The translations under genes were made by a program, and so were the position numbers. Shown piece by piece: positions 1 through 14,687 of a stretch of DNA of 64,000 nt (the first letter of the stretch is position 1; each line of letters starts with the position of its first letter). Under the pieces are notes generated by a model. That model had not been told where the DNA came from. It saw nothing but the letters and a program-made list of their open reading frames with translations, and did not search any database. This stretch comes from Eledone cirrhosa (Eukaryota), in assembly GCA_964016885.1 (NCBI GenBank), contig OZ024742.1, forward strand, positions 158,906,001-158,970,000, written 5' to 3'.

Positions 1-203
1 ACAAGAGTAATTGTGAGAGACATAGAAACAACCATGAGACTGTTGGTGGAAATAGAAATAGAAACAACACAACTAACAATAACAATAGCACTAGTACACA
101 TAAAGCAGCAGCCTGGAACTCTACGTTTTATAATCCCTCCGATAAATCATTCGACCTGCGACGAGTCCACGCCACGACTTTACCATTTAACAAACGCACG
201 CAA

Positions 204-2497
204 TTGCCGTCGCAGGTCGATGAACAAACAGAAGCGCAATTTAGTATAGCTAGATCCGAACTTAGAAATATTATAGAACAGTATAGCAAGAAGCATAATA
301 GAATGGAGGCCCAGCAACTGGGAGAAAAATCTGCAAATGGCTTGCGTAAGCTCATGCAGCGCTCACGTAATGGAGAGATAGCATGCTTTCCAACAGACAA
401 GTCTGGCAGAATGTCGGTTGACAGCCTGCCAAACTACATCCAGGCAATGCAACCCCACATCACTAACACAAGAGAGGTAACACCACAGGAGCATGAGGAT
501 AGAGAAAAAGCCCTCAATGCCCATATGGTGATGTGGACGAATATAATGCAGCCCAACAAAAGGACTGCCAACAACTTCCAGGCCTGGAACAATGACGTGC
601 CGGCGTTGTATGGGCTTCGAAAAGACCATAAAACGGGCTGTGACCCTGTCGCGGGACCACCAACACGGCCAGTCTGTGGAGCTAACATTGCTAGTAACTA
701 GAGACTGTCCTACTTCCTCTCCCTGATCATACGCCCGATCATTGAAATGTCCCCAGATGTATGTGACAGCACGGAGGACCTCCTCAGCAGAATCGGCGGG
801 AGTAACCGATCTGGGGACCTAACAAACTGCATAATAGGCAGTATGGATGTTGTGTCCCTGTATCCATCTATTGACGTGGATTTTGCTGTGGAGAAATGCG
901 TAGAAATGATCAGTGAGAGCAAGGTTGAGTTCCGTGGGATTGATACCAGTGAGCTGGGACTCCTACTTAAGCTTACCTATAGTAATAATTACCTAGACAC
1001 ATATGACCTTAGCAGCCTGTGCCCTACAAGACCAGCAAGAGGCAGACCCCTACCATTACCTCAATGGCCAAGAAAACCCACACAGATAGATGGAACGGGT
1101 GGACCAGAGCCATACGGACACCCGAAAACCACGATGAACTGAAGAAAATGATTGCACATGCGGTAGGGGCCAGCATAAAACTAACCCTTAAGGAACATAT
1201 GTTCAAATTTAATGGAAAAATATATGCCCAAGAGGAAGGGGCAGCCATTGGTGTTAGCATTGCAGGCGACATAGCTAACTTATTCATGGTATGGTGGGAC
1301 AGTAGACTTAAACTTAAACTTAAAGAACAATTAGAAGACCCCTTAACCCTGATAATGTACTCCCGCTACGTAGATGATATAAACATCGTAGTTAAGACAC
1401 CCCCACTAGAGAACAGTCAGGAACTAGAGAAAAACACAATGGAAAGCATCCAGCAAATAGCAAACTCCATCCACCAGAACATTAGAGTTACTATAGACTA
1501 CCCAAGTAAACACCCCAACCATCGATTACCTGTACTAGACACAGAGCTCTGGTTAGATACCATTAACAACAAAAAACAAATCCTCCATTCCCATTATGCC
1601 AAACCCATGACTTCCAAACATCTGATCCACCGAAACTCGGCCGTTTCGGACCATACCAAAATCAACATACTGATTGCGGATTTGGTACGGGTGATGAGAA
1701 ATGTGTCCCGCATGTGAAACCCCGAAGAACTAGAGAGACACATACAACACTTCATCCACCGTATGCAGTTCTCTGGCTACAATCAGAGAGATAAAATCAG
1801 AGTGTATAGAGGAGCCAGAACCAAATGGGAAAAAATGGTAAATAATGACATAAATGGGACCTGCCCCTTGTATAGGAGCAAATTTTGGAATAGAATAGAA
1901 AGAACTAGGAACAAGGCTAATAGAATAAACTCATGGTATGATAGCAATAAATACCAGAGTGTAATGTTCATCGATACAACCCCTAGAGGTGAATTAGCTT
2001 ACAAATTTAGAAGGGCCCTAAATAAACATAAACTCAATATTAAGATAGTAGAAAGACCAGGTACCTCCGTAAAAACACTTATTAGCAAGACATACCCTTT
2101 TCAAAGACCCTCATGTATAGATAAGAAATGTATAACCTGTAAAAAAAGCCCCCATATTAACTGTAAAACTAGACATGTAGTGTATAGCATAAGATGTACT
2201 GAAGGACAATGTAGAGACAAAAATATAGTGTACATAGGTGAGACAGCTCGTAGTGTAGGGGAACGGATAAATGAACACTGGCGAGACCTTCAAGATAATA
2301 AAGGATCATCTGTACTCTACCAACATGCTAAAATAGAACACAAGGGTAAATTAGAGAACATAGAAATAAAAATAGAATCTACACACAGAAAAGACGCAAT
2401 GTTTAGACAAATTACAGAGGCAATAAACATAAAAGAATTACAACCAAAATTAAATAGAAAATATGAGTGGAACAGCAACATCACAACTTACAATTAA
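204..2497 (+). pseudogene. Disrupted PLE RT/GIY-YIG polyprotein
   Basis: ORFs 204-701, 747-1142, 1019-1717 and 1763-2497 join through a TAG at ~699, a frameshift near ~1050 and a TGA at ~1715. Confidence 0.9.
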
Positions 2498-2697
2498 GGA
2501 CAAAATGAAAACACACACACACATAGAACAAACAACCAACCAGTAACATGTAAATAAACAAATAAATAAATGAACATAAACACACACAGACATCCGGATG
2601 AGGCGCATGCACAGACTGAGCACACAACACACACACAGAAACAAAATGGCGTAGGACAGAACAAAGGAGAGGCACAGAAACAAAGAAAAGAATCCCC

Positions 2698-2742
2698 AGT
2701 CACTGAAGAGGTCACAAAGTGTGTGACCAAAGAACTATGACT
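2698..2742 (+). ncRNA. Degenerate hammerhead ribozyme in the PLE 3' repeat
   Basis: agtca-CTGAAGA-ggtcac..gtgacc-aaa-gaac-TA-tgact. Stems I and II pair perfectly, but the G12 of GAAA is missing. The same motif occurs at ~33871-33915. Confidence 0.55.
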
Positions 2743-2890
2743 ATATATAAACAACTATCTGGTTGTGGAACCAACCAACCAACCAGAAATTTATAAATTT
2801 ATGAATTTATTATAAATTTATTATAATAAATTGAAGTGAAAGCAACTGGTGCGTGTGTTTCTTATTGGCAACATGACCCTCCCAAAGTAT

Positions 2891-2985
<95 letters not shown>

Positions 2986-2999
2986 CATATATATATGTA

Positions 3000-3087
<88 letters not shown>

Positions 3088-3515
3088 TATATATATATAC
3101 AAACATAAATTATCGAGATTCGCATTTCGGCCCACGAAATAACGAAAAACAACCTCCGAGATGTGCGGCAAGTGCTCAATGATTCAGATGAACCAGAGCT
3201 ATAACAAACGTTAAAGTCAATGGCAACATTGAGGACCGAATATATTAAATTACCGATATAAAAGTCACAGAAGCGAAAAGCGAAAACCAACCAAACAGTG
3301 AGTGTGTTCTGTTATTAATCTGGCAATATTACACAAATATGACCCTCCTCAATATAACCATATATATATATATACACATATATACTCGCTGCATAACTAT
3401 GGAAGCATCTTGTTGAGTCAAAAAAAGCCGTACGTTAAATCTATCCACGACGCAGAGCACTCACAACCTCTAACTGGATTACCTATAACGATAACTTGTT
3501 ATCCCATATATATAA

Positions 3516-3718
<203 letters not shown>

Positions 3719-3759
3719 TAAATATACACGGATGTGTATGATTGTGTATAGAAGATTAT

Positions 3760-4105
3760 ATTAATAAAAGGAATTCCAACTTTGTCTCATTTACTCGTTT
3801 TATTTACAATCCTTTAAAATTATAATGATATTATAATGAAATAGTATGGTAGAATATTATATGTTAAATGATAATTGAACAAGTACTTTCATGCTTTCGC
3901 AATCTTCAGGTTCATATTCAGTGGTGACAGTCAAGTTGGCAATTTTCAACTGTAATGAACCTGATGATTGCGAAAGCATGAAACTACTTGTTCAATTAAT
4001 ATTTAACATTTAATATTCTACCATACTATTTCATTATAATATCATTATGATTTTAAAGGATTGTAAATAAAACGAGTAAATCAGACAAAGTTAGAATCCC
4101 TTTTA

Positions 4106-4110
<5 letters not shown>
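3760..4110. repeat. Family A: fold-back repeat (~155-bp arms), one HHR per arm
   Basis: The arms are reverse complements. Minus HHR 3876-3914 reads tgaac-CTGAAGA-t-tgc-gaaa-gca-t-GAAA-gtac-TT-gttca; the plus HHR is at 3956-3994. Confidence 0.85.
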
Positions 4111-4147
<37 letters not shown>

Positions 4148-4159
4148 TATATATATAAA

Positions 4160-5685
4160 GAATTAGTATATCTACTAACACATATATACAGATGCATACC
4201 TATGCCACCAAATATATAGGTTTTGTCTTATTAACTTTGTGGTTCAATGCATGGGGATGCAGAACAATAATATGAAAGACGTAAAATAAGAAAATTATAA
4301 AAATTAACTTACTTACTAAAATTTCACTCCAACTAATTAGTTTCTGAAAGGGAATAAACATAGTTTCCGAAGAAACGTACGGAGAAGCCTTTCGTCATCA
4401 GGGAAGTCTATTCTCAGCTAAGTTTCCAGGCAATGCGTGGACATAGGGAACTTATACAAAAATAATTCAGTGGATGGAAAAAAGCAAAGCGTGGACTAAG
4501 TTCCAAGGCTTCTCCGTACGTTTCTTCGGAAACTATGTTTATTCCATTTCAGAAACTAATTAGTTGGAGTGAAATTTTAGTAAGTAAGTTAATTTTTATA
4601 ATTTTCTTATTTTACGTCTTTCATATTATTGTTCTGCATCCCCATGCATTGAACCACAAAGTTACTAAGACAAAACCTATATATTTGCTGGCATAGGTAT
4701 GCATCTGTATATATATGTTAGTAGATATACTAATTATTTATAATTATCTCCAAATTATTTTGTCGATCAAAAATTGGCCAAAACTGCTACTATAGTTCAT
4801 AGTAACGGTTCGGCTGCTGTCTTCTTAACAAAACACTCCTCACTGATTAACCTCGATGTCACGTGATTGATTCTTTTGAATTTGCCACCGACGCAGTAGG
4901 CAGTGATTTTTTCAATGGCTTGGAACTTAGTCCACACTTTGCTTTTTTCCATCCACTGAATTATTTTTGTATAAGTTCCCTGTGTCCACGCATTGCCTGG
5001 AAACTTAGCTGAGAATAGACTTCCCTGATGACGAAAGGCTTCTCCGTACGTTTCTTCGGAAACTATGTTTATTCCCTTTCAGAAACTAATTAGTTGGAGT
5101 GAAATTTTAGTAAGTAAGTTAATTTTTATAATTTTCTTATTTTACGTCTTTCATATTATTGTTCTGCATCCCCATGCATTGAACCACAAAGTTAATAAGA
5201 CAAAACCTATATATTTGCTGGCATAGGTATGCATCTGTATATATATGTTAGTAGATATACTAATTATTTATAATTATCTCCAAATTATTTTGTCGATCAA
5301 AAATTGGCCAAAACTGCTACTATAGTTCATAGTAACGGTTCGGCTGCTGTCTTCTTAACAAAACACTCCTCACTGATTAACCTCGATGTCACGTGATTGA
5401 TTCTTTTGAATTTGCCACCGACGCAGTAGGCAGTGATTTTTTTCAATGGCTTGGAACTTAGTCCACGCTTTGCTTTTTTCCATCCACTTAATTATTTTTG
5501 TATAAGTTCCCTGTGTCCACGCATTGCCTGGAAACTTAGCTGAGAATAGACTTCCCTGATGACGAAAGGCTTCTCCGTACGTTTCTTCGGAAACTATGTT
5601 TATTCCCTTTCAGAAACTAATTAGTTGGAGTGAAATTTTAGTAAGTAAGTTAATTTTTATAATTTTCTTATTTTACGTCTTTCAT
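4160..5685. repeat. Family B1: ~530-bp HHR-containing tandem repeat with inverted 5' portion (retrozyme-like)
   Basis: An inverted partial unit at 4160-4505 is followed by ~2.2 direct units (period 530-531). HHRs at 4326-4407(-), 5019-5100(+) and 5550-5631(+) read acttcc-CTGATGA-c-gaaagg...cctttc-a-GAAA-ctaattag-TT-ggagt. Confidence 0.88.
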
Positions 5686-5715
5686 AAATATATATATATA
5701 TATACATATATATAC

Positions 5716-5860
<145 letters not shown>

Positions 5861-5861
5861 C

Positions 5862-5906
<45 letters not shown>

Positions 5907-6011
5907 TATACATATATATACATATATATATAGATATATATATATATATATAAATATATATATATAAATATATATATATATAAATATATATATATATAAA
6001 TATATATATAT

Positions 6012-7798
6012 ATGAAGACAAACATAGAATATTCGAAAATATTCTGTATGCTTATAATAAACATTTTGAAGACCTAATCGCTATAGAATAGAATACGTCA
6101 CGTATTACAATTTGAGATTCTCGATAAAAGCAAGGGAAGTAACCTACGCGTTTCATTCTTATTTGAAATCATCAGGATTACATATCCAATGCTTTTATCG
6201 AGAATGACACAGCTAGAGACTTATAGAATACTTAGCTGTGTACAGGAACTGGTTTGAAAGAGCGGTTGCCGGTCCGGCAGAAATTAGAATTTGGATTTAA
6301 TGCTCTGAAATAGCGATATATATGTGAAGACAAACATAGAATATTCGAAAATATTCTGTATGTTTATAATAAACATTTTGAAGACCTAATCGCTATAGAA
6401 TAGAATACGTCACGTATTACAATTTGAGATTCTCGATAAAAGCAAGGGAAGTAACCTACGCGTTTCATTCTTATTTGAAATCATCAGGATTACATATCCA
6501 ATGCTTTTATCGAGAATGACACAGCTAGAAACTTATAGAATACTTAGCTGTGTACAGGAACTGGTTTGAAAGAGCGGTTGCCGGTCCGGCAGAAATTAGA
6601 ATTTGGATTTAATGCTCTGAAATAGCGATATATATGTGAAGACAAACATAGAATATTCGAAAATATTCTGTATGTTTATAATAAACATTTTGAAGACCTA
6701 ATCGCTATAGAATAGAATACGTCACGTATTACAATTTGAGATTCTCGATAAAAGCAAGGGAAGTAACCTACGCGTTTCATTCTTATTTGAAATCATCAGG
6801 ATTACATATCCAATGCTTTTATCGAGAATGACACAGCTAGAGACTTATAGAATACTTAGCTGTGTACAGGAACTGGTTTGAAAGAGCGGTTGCCGGTCCG
6901 GCAGAAATTAGAATTTGGATTTAATGCTCTGAAATAGCGATATATATGTGAAGACAAACATAGAATATTCGAAAATATTCTGTATGTTTATAATAAACAT
7001 TTTGAAGACCTAATCGCTATAGAATAGAATACGTCACGTATTACAATTTGAGATTCTCGATAAAAGCAAGGGAAGTAACCTACGCGTTTCATTCTTACAA
7101 TACAGAATATTTTCGAATATTCTATGTTTGTCTTCACATATATATCGCTATTTCAGAGCATTAAATCCAAATTCTAATTTCTGCCGGACCGGCAACCGCT
7201 CTTTCAAACCAGTTCCTGTACACAGCTAAGTATTCTATAAGTCTCTAGCTGTGTCATTCTCGATAAAAGCATTGGATATGTAATCCTGATGATTTCAAAT
7301 AAGAATGAAACGCGTAGGTTACTTCCCTTGCTTTTATCGAGAATCTCAAATTGTAATACGTGACGTATTCTATTCTATAGCGATTAGGTCTTCAAAATGT
7401 TTATTATAAACATACAGAATATTTTCGAATATTCTATGTTTGTCTTCACATATATATCGCTATTTCAGAGCATTAAATCCAAATTCTAATTTCTGCCGGA
7501 CCGGCAACCGCTCTTTCAAACCAGTTCCTGTACACAGCTAAGTATTCTATAAGTCTCTAGCTGTGTCATTCTCGATAAAAGCATTGGATATGTAATCCTG
7601 ATGATTTCAAATAAGAATGAAACGCGTAGGTTACTTCCCTTGCTTTTATCGAGAATCTCAAATTGTAATACGTGACGTATTCTATTCTATAGCGATTAGG
7701 TCTTCAAAATGTTTATTATAAACATACAGAATATTTTCGAATATTCTATGTTTGTCTTCACATATATATCGCTATTTCAGAGCATTAAATCCAAATAT

Positions 7799-7831
<33 letters not shown>

Positions 7832-7915
7832 AATATATATATATATAAATATATATATAAATATATATATATATATAAATATATATATATATACATATAT
7901 ATACATATATATATA

Positions 7916-7947
<32 letters not shown>

Positions 7948-7948
7948 C

Positions 7949-8006
<58 letters not shown>

Positions 8007-8390
8007 GTGTGAGAAAATATATATATTTATATATATATATATATTTATATATATATTTATATATATATATATTTATAATATATATATATATAATTAATAT
8101 ATATAATAGATATTTGGATTTAATGCTCTGAAATAGCGATATATATGTGAAGACAAACATAGAATATTCGAAATATTCTGTATGTTTATAATAAACATTT
8201 TGAAGACCTAATCGCTATAGAATAGAATACGTCACGTATTACAATTTGAGATTCTCGATAAAAGCAAGGGAAGTAACCTACGCGAACTAGCTAAGACCTA
8301 CGTCATCTATTTGAAATCATCAGGATTACATATCCAATGCTTTTATCGAGAATGACACAGCTAGAGACTTATAGAATACTTAGCTGTGTA
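6012..8390. repeat. Family C: 312-bp HHR-containing tandem repeat, switching orientation twice (retrozyme-like)
   Basis: Units start at 6014, 6326, 6638 and 6950, are inverted from ~7100-7795, and a partial copy lies at 8110-8390. HHR gtaatc-CTGATGA-t-ttc-aaataa-gaa-t-GAAA-cgcg-TA-ggttac at 6139-6181, 6451-6493 and 6763-6805 (-), and 7280-7322 and 7592-7634 (+). Confidence 0.92.
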
Positions 8391-9023
8391 GGGTTAAGAT
8401 TCTGTTTGGGGTTAGGGTTAGGGTTAGGGTTAAGGTTACGCATTAAACAAAATAAACATAAGTTCAGAGTTAGGGTTAGGGTTAGGGTTAGCGTTGCGGT
8501 TAGGTTTAACCATTAAGTAAAGTAAGCATATGTTTAGTGTTAATGTTAGAGTTCGGGTTAAAGTTAGCATTAAGGTCAACCATTAAACCAAATAAGTTAT
8601 ATATGTTTAGGGTTAAGATTAGGGTTAGCTTTAGGGTTAGGGTTAGGGTTGGGGTTAGTGTTAAGGTTAGCCATTAAGCAAAATAAGCATATGTTAAGGG
8701 TTAGGGTTAAGGTTAGCCCTTAAACAAAATAAGCATATGTTTAGGACTAGGGTTAGGTTTAGGGGCAGAGTTAAGGTTAGCCATTAAACAAAATAAGCAT
8801 ATGTTTAGGGTTAATGTTATGGTTAAGGTTAACCCTTAAACTAAATAAGCATATTTTATGGTTAGTGTACGGGTTAGGGTTAACTATTCAACAAAATAAG
8901 CATATGTTTAGGGATAGGGTTAGGGTTAAGGTTAGCTATAAAAGAAAATAAACATAAGTTTAGGGTTAGAGTTAGGGTTCGGGTTGGGGCTAACCATTAA
9001 GCAAAATAAACATGTGGTTAGGG
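8391..9023 (+). repeat. Degenerate TTAGGG-containing compound minisatellite
   Basis: Runs of ttaggg/ttaagg alternate with ccattaaacaaaataagcatatgt; roughly a dozen units of ~40-60 bp. Confidence 0.85.
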
Positions 9024-9359
9024 CATCAAGAAAAACATAAGCACCTCTTCAAATTAATTTTATTTGTCATTCCAAAAAATGTTTTTGCAAGCTTTATATA
9101 TGGGGAGCACCATAATTCTTTAAGAAAGTAGGGTTTCGAAAGGATTTAATCCGGCACTGTCTGAAGAATATATTTCGTTTATTTAGTGAAAAAGATTTTA
9201 ACCGAAAATCGAAAGATCGCACTTTGCTCTATTCTGCAAGATCCACAGAGGATACAATATATGTAGACGTAAAATTTTCAAGAACCTTGTAGAGCAGTAA
9301 AATAATATGTATATATATATATACACACACATATAAATATATATATAAATATATATATA

Positions 9360-10279
<920 letters not shown>

Positions 10280-10479
10280 TCAATTGAAGAAAGTTGGTTG
10301 ATTGAAAATCTGCCGACTTTTTCTTAACAGAAGTAAAGCACTCCACGGTTTTTGTTCATCCTGAGTTTTATTATAATAATAAACAAGAAAAATGGTTTCA
10401 TTTACACGCCCCTATTTATGTTGTTATACGTATTTCAAAGACGTATAGCAGTTGTATAACACCTGCCCTCTCTCTCTCC

Positions 10480-10560
<81 letters not shown>

Positions 10561-10566
<6 letters not shown>

Positions 10567-11283
10567 GGAATAGAATGAAACGAAATTTCATTTCTCACTC
10601 TTAGTACGGCACTTACTTAAATGTAAGTATGTATGTATACGTACATACATATATGTATACAGACGTATAGTAGTATGTATATATATGCATACATGCACAC
10701 ATATATATATGCACGCATCGGTTTACCGAACATTTATTATAATGCTCGGTTTGTTTGTTTGTAAACAAACAAACAGCCAGAATTACGCCGTACAGTGTTT
10801 AGGCAACCACGTCTTCTTTTTGTTCAACACTGACACAGGAACGATGTACAAGTTTCAAGCTTATTAGCTATCGTCAGCATCGTATACCTTCCTGCCAGAT
10901 GGTTGAACGTCTGAAAGTATATACTTTCCTTATGCATATTAACGGCTGAGCAGCCTAATTTGTATATCGAGTGAGTTCAGTCGGCCGGGCGCACCGAAAA
11001 CCATCTGACAGGAAGGTATACGATGCTAACGATAGCTAATAAGCTTGAAACTAGTACATCGTTCCTGTGTCAGTGTTGAACAAAAAGGTGACGTGGTTGA
11101 TTAAACACTGTACGGCGTAATTCGGGCTGTTTGTTTGTTTACAAACAAACAAACCGAGCATTATAATAAATGTTCGGTAAACCGATGCGTGCATATATAT
11201 ATATGTGTGCATGTATGTATATATATACATACTACTGTACGACTGTATACAGATATGTATGTACGTATTCATACATACATACT

Positions 11284-11290
<7 letters not shown>
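10561..11290. repeat. Family E: ~440-bp HHR repeat, fold-back
   Basis: Inverted arms. HHR cgatg-CTGACGA-t-agct-aata-agct-t-GAAA-c(t/a)..g-TA-catcg at 10842-10882(-) and 11021-11061(+, core mutated to CTAACGA). Confidence 0.85.
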
Positions 11291-11360
<70 letters not shown>

Positions 11361-12004
11361 TTAATCATTATCCCTCTTAAAAGGTGTGACTTTGTTCTCA
11401 TAGCAAAAATTATTTGTGGATGACAATCGGTAAAACACCAAATTTCAGTTGAATCTTGCTTTCCATTCTTCCGGAGCCGACTTTTTAAGTGCCTGTCAAG
11501 TACCGAGGTTAATATTAACAACTATATCTTACCCAAAAACTTTCTGTCATCGTGCCAGTATTCAAAATAATCATTATCTATTTTGTATGATATTAAAGTG
11601 GTAACAATATATTACGTATTGTGTAAATTGTCGGTTACGCTGTGGGGAAAAGATAGTAAGAGTATTTGTGCGATATAGCGAGAGAAAGAAAACATTGTTG
11701 GTGTTGGCTTTATGGAAGCGGGATGGTAAGAATGTATGTGAGAGAACTAAAAGTTGAATCACTTTTTAAAACATTTCACATGCTGTGGAAAGGGGATGGT
11801 AAGAGTGAGTTTGTGAAATAGAGAGAGGAAACGGTGGCAGTGGCCCTTGTGTAGGCAATAGAAGTAAGCTGTACGGAAAATATTTTGTGGGTTTCGGTAA
11901 TTTGTTTAAATATTAATTTGCGTGAGGTTGGGCTAGGCAACAGCAACAGTATATTGTTGCCTAAAAGGTAGGCCGTTGGTATAATTAGGGAATTTAGAGT
12001 GAGG

Positions 12005-12210
12005 TGGATTGGCAGTATCGGAAGAACATCGGTGAAAATGGTTTGCAATGTTTGTTCTTTTTCTTTACTTTCTGGGTTCAAACCCCGCCGATGTCAACCT
12101 TCCGGCATAGATAAAATAAAGTACCAGTTAAATATTGGCGCCAATATAAACGAATTTCCCTTCCCCAAAACTCGCTAGCGGTGTTCCAAAATGAGAAATT
12201 ATTATTAGGA
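12005..12210 (+). mobile_element. tRNA-derived SINE, decayed
   Basis: A-box-like tggcagtatcgg, B-box-like gggttcaaaccc, then gataaaataaagtaccagt. Homologous to 46795-46970. Confidence 0.7.
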
Positions 12211-12899
12211 AATTTTTCTGGTAAGAAATTCAGTTTCAGGTTTCCAGAACCACAGTATTTTTCTTGACTGAATCACCTTGGTTTAAATGTTTAAACTTTA
12301 CTACTTCTATACTTCAGGCCTCTATATCTCAAACGGTTCATATTTATGTAAAGAGATGGAGAGAAAACTATCCAACTCTCCATTTGAGGAGGTAGTAAAC
12401 ACGTCTGGTCATTAGATATTGATGGAAATCAATAAGAAAATATGATTAACTATTTATTTCATACACAAACACATACAAACCCATACACACAGGTGAAATA
12501 AATAATCAAACATCAAATGTTTCTATTCTCTTTGATTATATGTAATTGGCTATTTGTAATCAATTAACTTATAACTGATTAATTGTAGTCAATTAATTTG
12601 TAATTTACTATTTGTAAATCAGCGAAATCTACCGATTTAATATTCTATGTGTTGATTTCAGGGGTTATAATAGTTTTCCACGTATATGTCTCTCTCACTG
12701 ACATTTGTGTCATATTTGGTTTAGGCATAAGTAAAAGAACTCGTATCTATAAGGATAAAAGACATGAGATTTTATTTTGTCCAGGCATCTCTTGATTTTG
12801 AAAGTCAATTATTTTGAACATATACACAACAAAATAAAACACAATTTACAATAAAATGGTATAAACCAATACAACAAATTTAAAACAAGTTCTCTCCCT

Positions 12900-14676
12900 C
12901 CCACCCCAGAAACTTGTGGATTAATTTTGAAATGACTCCTTCAAACAGATTCTCTGTGCTTGATGATCGTAGTCTGGGAGCTGGTGAATCATGGAAAGAA
13001 GTGAAGACTGGTATGAAAGAATCAACGGAAAACATATTGGGTTACCAGAAAAAGGTTGATTGAAGCCTGGATATTAAATCGTACATGTAATGTGATTAAG
13101 AAAAGGAAGCTTCTACATAGAAACTGCCAATACAAATCAGTAACACCAAATATAGATAATCAAATATATATCACCAAATATATATAACAAAGAATCACGA
13201 AATAAAACAATGTACAGAAAGATAAACGTAAGTGGCTTACAAGTCAAGCAAATTTAGCGTAGAGTGCAGCTGACCGCAATGACACGAGGATGGTGTATCA
13301 AAATGCCAAGAAAGTTACGGGTGGATTTAATACCTGCCTAAGTGACAACCCGACAGAAACTCTCACCATCAGTACTGACAAATTCACAGTAGAAGTGATA
13401 ACAGAGCAATTAAAGAGCAACAAATCTCCTGGTGTGGAGGGAATCAGTGCTGAATTACACAAGAATGGGGGAGATACCATCGTCAAGTTCATATGCGACC
13501 TCTGTAAGCAGGTGTGAGAGACATGAGAGATTTCTGAGGATAAGAAGAGTGGCTCTGTTGTGAGCATAGCTAAGAAGAGGAATGTATCTGATTGTGACAA
13601 CTGCTGTAGGGTGACTCTCCTTTCAGTGCCTGGGAAGGTGTACTATCGGATGATAGTGAATCGCTTGTAAGATACGGTTCATTCCCAGTTGCATGAACCA
13701 CAGGCTGGTTTCAGACCCAAAACACCATGAGTTGAGCAAATATACGTGAACACCAAATACGTGTACGCACAGAGGATGGGTCAGTGGATTGTTCAATGCC
13801 CTTACAGGAGTAAGGTAGGGATATATTTTACCCCCCCCCTCTTGTTTGCGATAGCAATTGATTGGGTACTGAAGCTTGCTACATCAGGTAAGGGTATATC
13901 CGAGGTCAATGATATCCATGACTAACTTGGGTTTTACAGATGATATTGCTGCATTAGTTAACAACACAGATCTACAAGAACTCGTTGATGTTTTCAGCGG
14001 TCATGCCAATGATTTTGGACTCAACATTAGTGTAAGGAAAACCAAGCATATGATCAGAGGCAATCATAATTCTTATTCTGATTGAAAATGTAGAAAGGTT
14101 CCCCTACCTTGGAGGCTCAGTTCAATATCATGATGACATAAACCTGAGCTGAGTTATAGAATAGGGAAAGCATCACAATTTAACCAACTTAACAAAATCA
14201 GGACTGGCAAAAAGTTGTCTCTCAAGCTAAAACTACAATTCTACAACTTCAATATGATCTTCAGTCTTATGTATGGTGGTGAGACATAACAACTGAAAAG
14301 TAGCCAAGAGAAAAAGTTTGATGCATTTGACTCCAAATGCCCGAGGAATATCCTTAGTCTTAAATAAAACGACTTTATTACAAAGAAAGAAATTAGGGAA
14401 CGAACAGCTCAGCAGTCAGTATCGTCTAAAATCTGCAAAAGGTATCTTAGCTGACTTGGAATTCTTTCCAGACTTCCACAAACGAGACCAGCCAAACAAA
14501 CTTTGCAACGGGGTTATGGAATGCAAACTAAAGCGATGAAGACCTAAAATCAAAGCATTGCGAAGGATCTGCGGCTAGTGAACAAGGAATGGAAGGACGT
14601 ATCTGCCTTGACTGAAGATATGAAAGGCTGGATATCACTGACTGCTTCATGCGTCTCAAGACGTGGGAGCCTCTAA
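12900..14676 (+). mobile_element. Heavily decayed RTE-type LINE (RT and C-terminal region)
   Basis: Broken ORFs give KSPGVEGISAEL, QAGFRP, LGFTDDIA and FGLNISVRKTK, with many stops. Confidence 0.8.
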
Positions 14677-14687
14677 GAAATATATAT

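Larger units (their letters stand above)
1..2893 (+). mobile_element. Penelope-like retroelement (RT + C-terminal GIY-YIG), decayed; the 5' part probably runs off the window
   Basis: Collinear ORF pieces carry PLE RT motifs (FPTDKSG, SMDVVSLYPSI, QEEGAAIG, YSRYVDD) and a GIY-YIG (VVYSIRC...VYIGETAR...RINEH). These are followed by a 3' non-coding region ending in (TA)n. Confidence 0.93.

Noticed and set aside
1715-1717. In-frame TGA at a plausible Cys position in the PLE ORF as selenocysteine recoding
   Set aside because: The same copy has a TAG stop and a frameshift, and I see no SECIS. Simple decay is more likely.
8391-9023. True telomere
   Set aside because: It is internal to the window, degenerate and interrupted by regular spacers.
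11574-12081. ORFs 11574-11762 and 11776-12081 as host exons
   Set aside because: No recognisable motif, and one overlaps a SINE.
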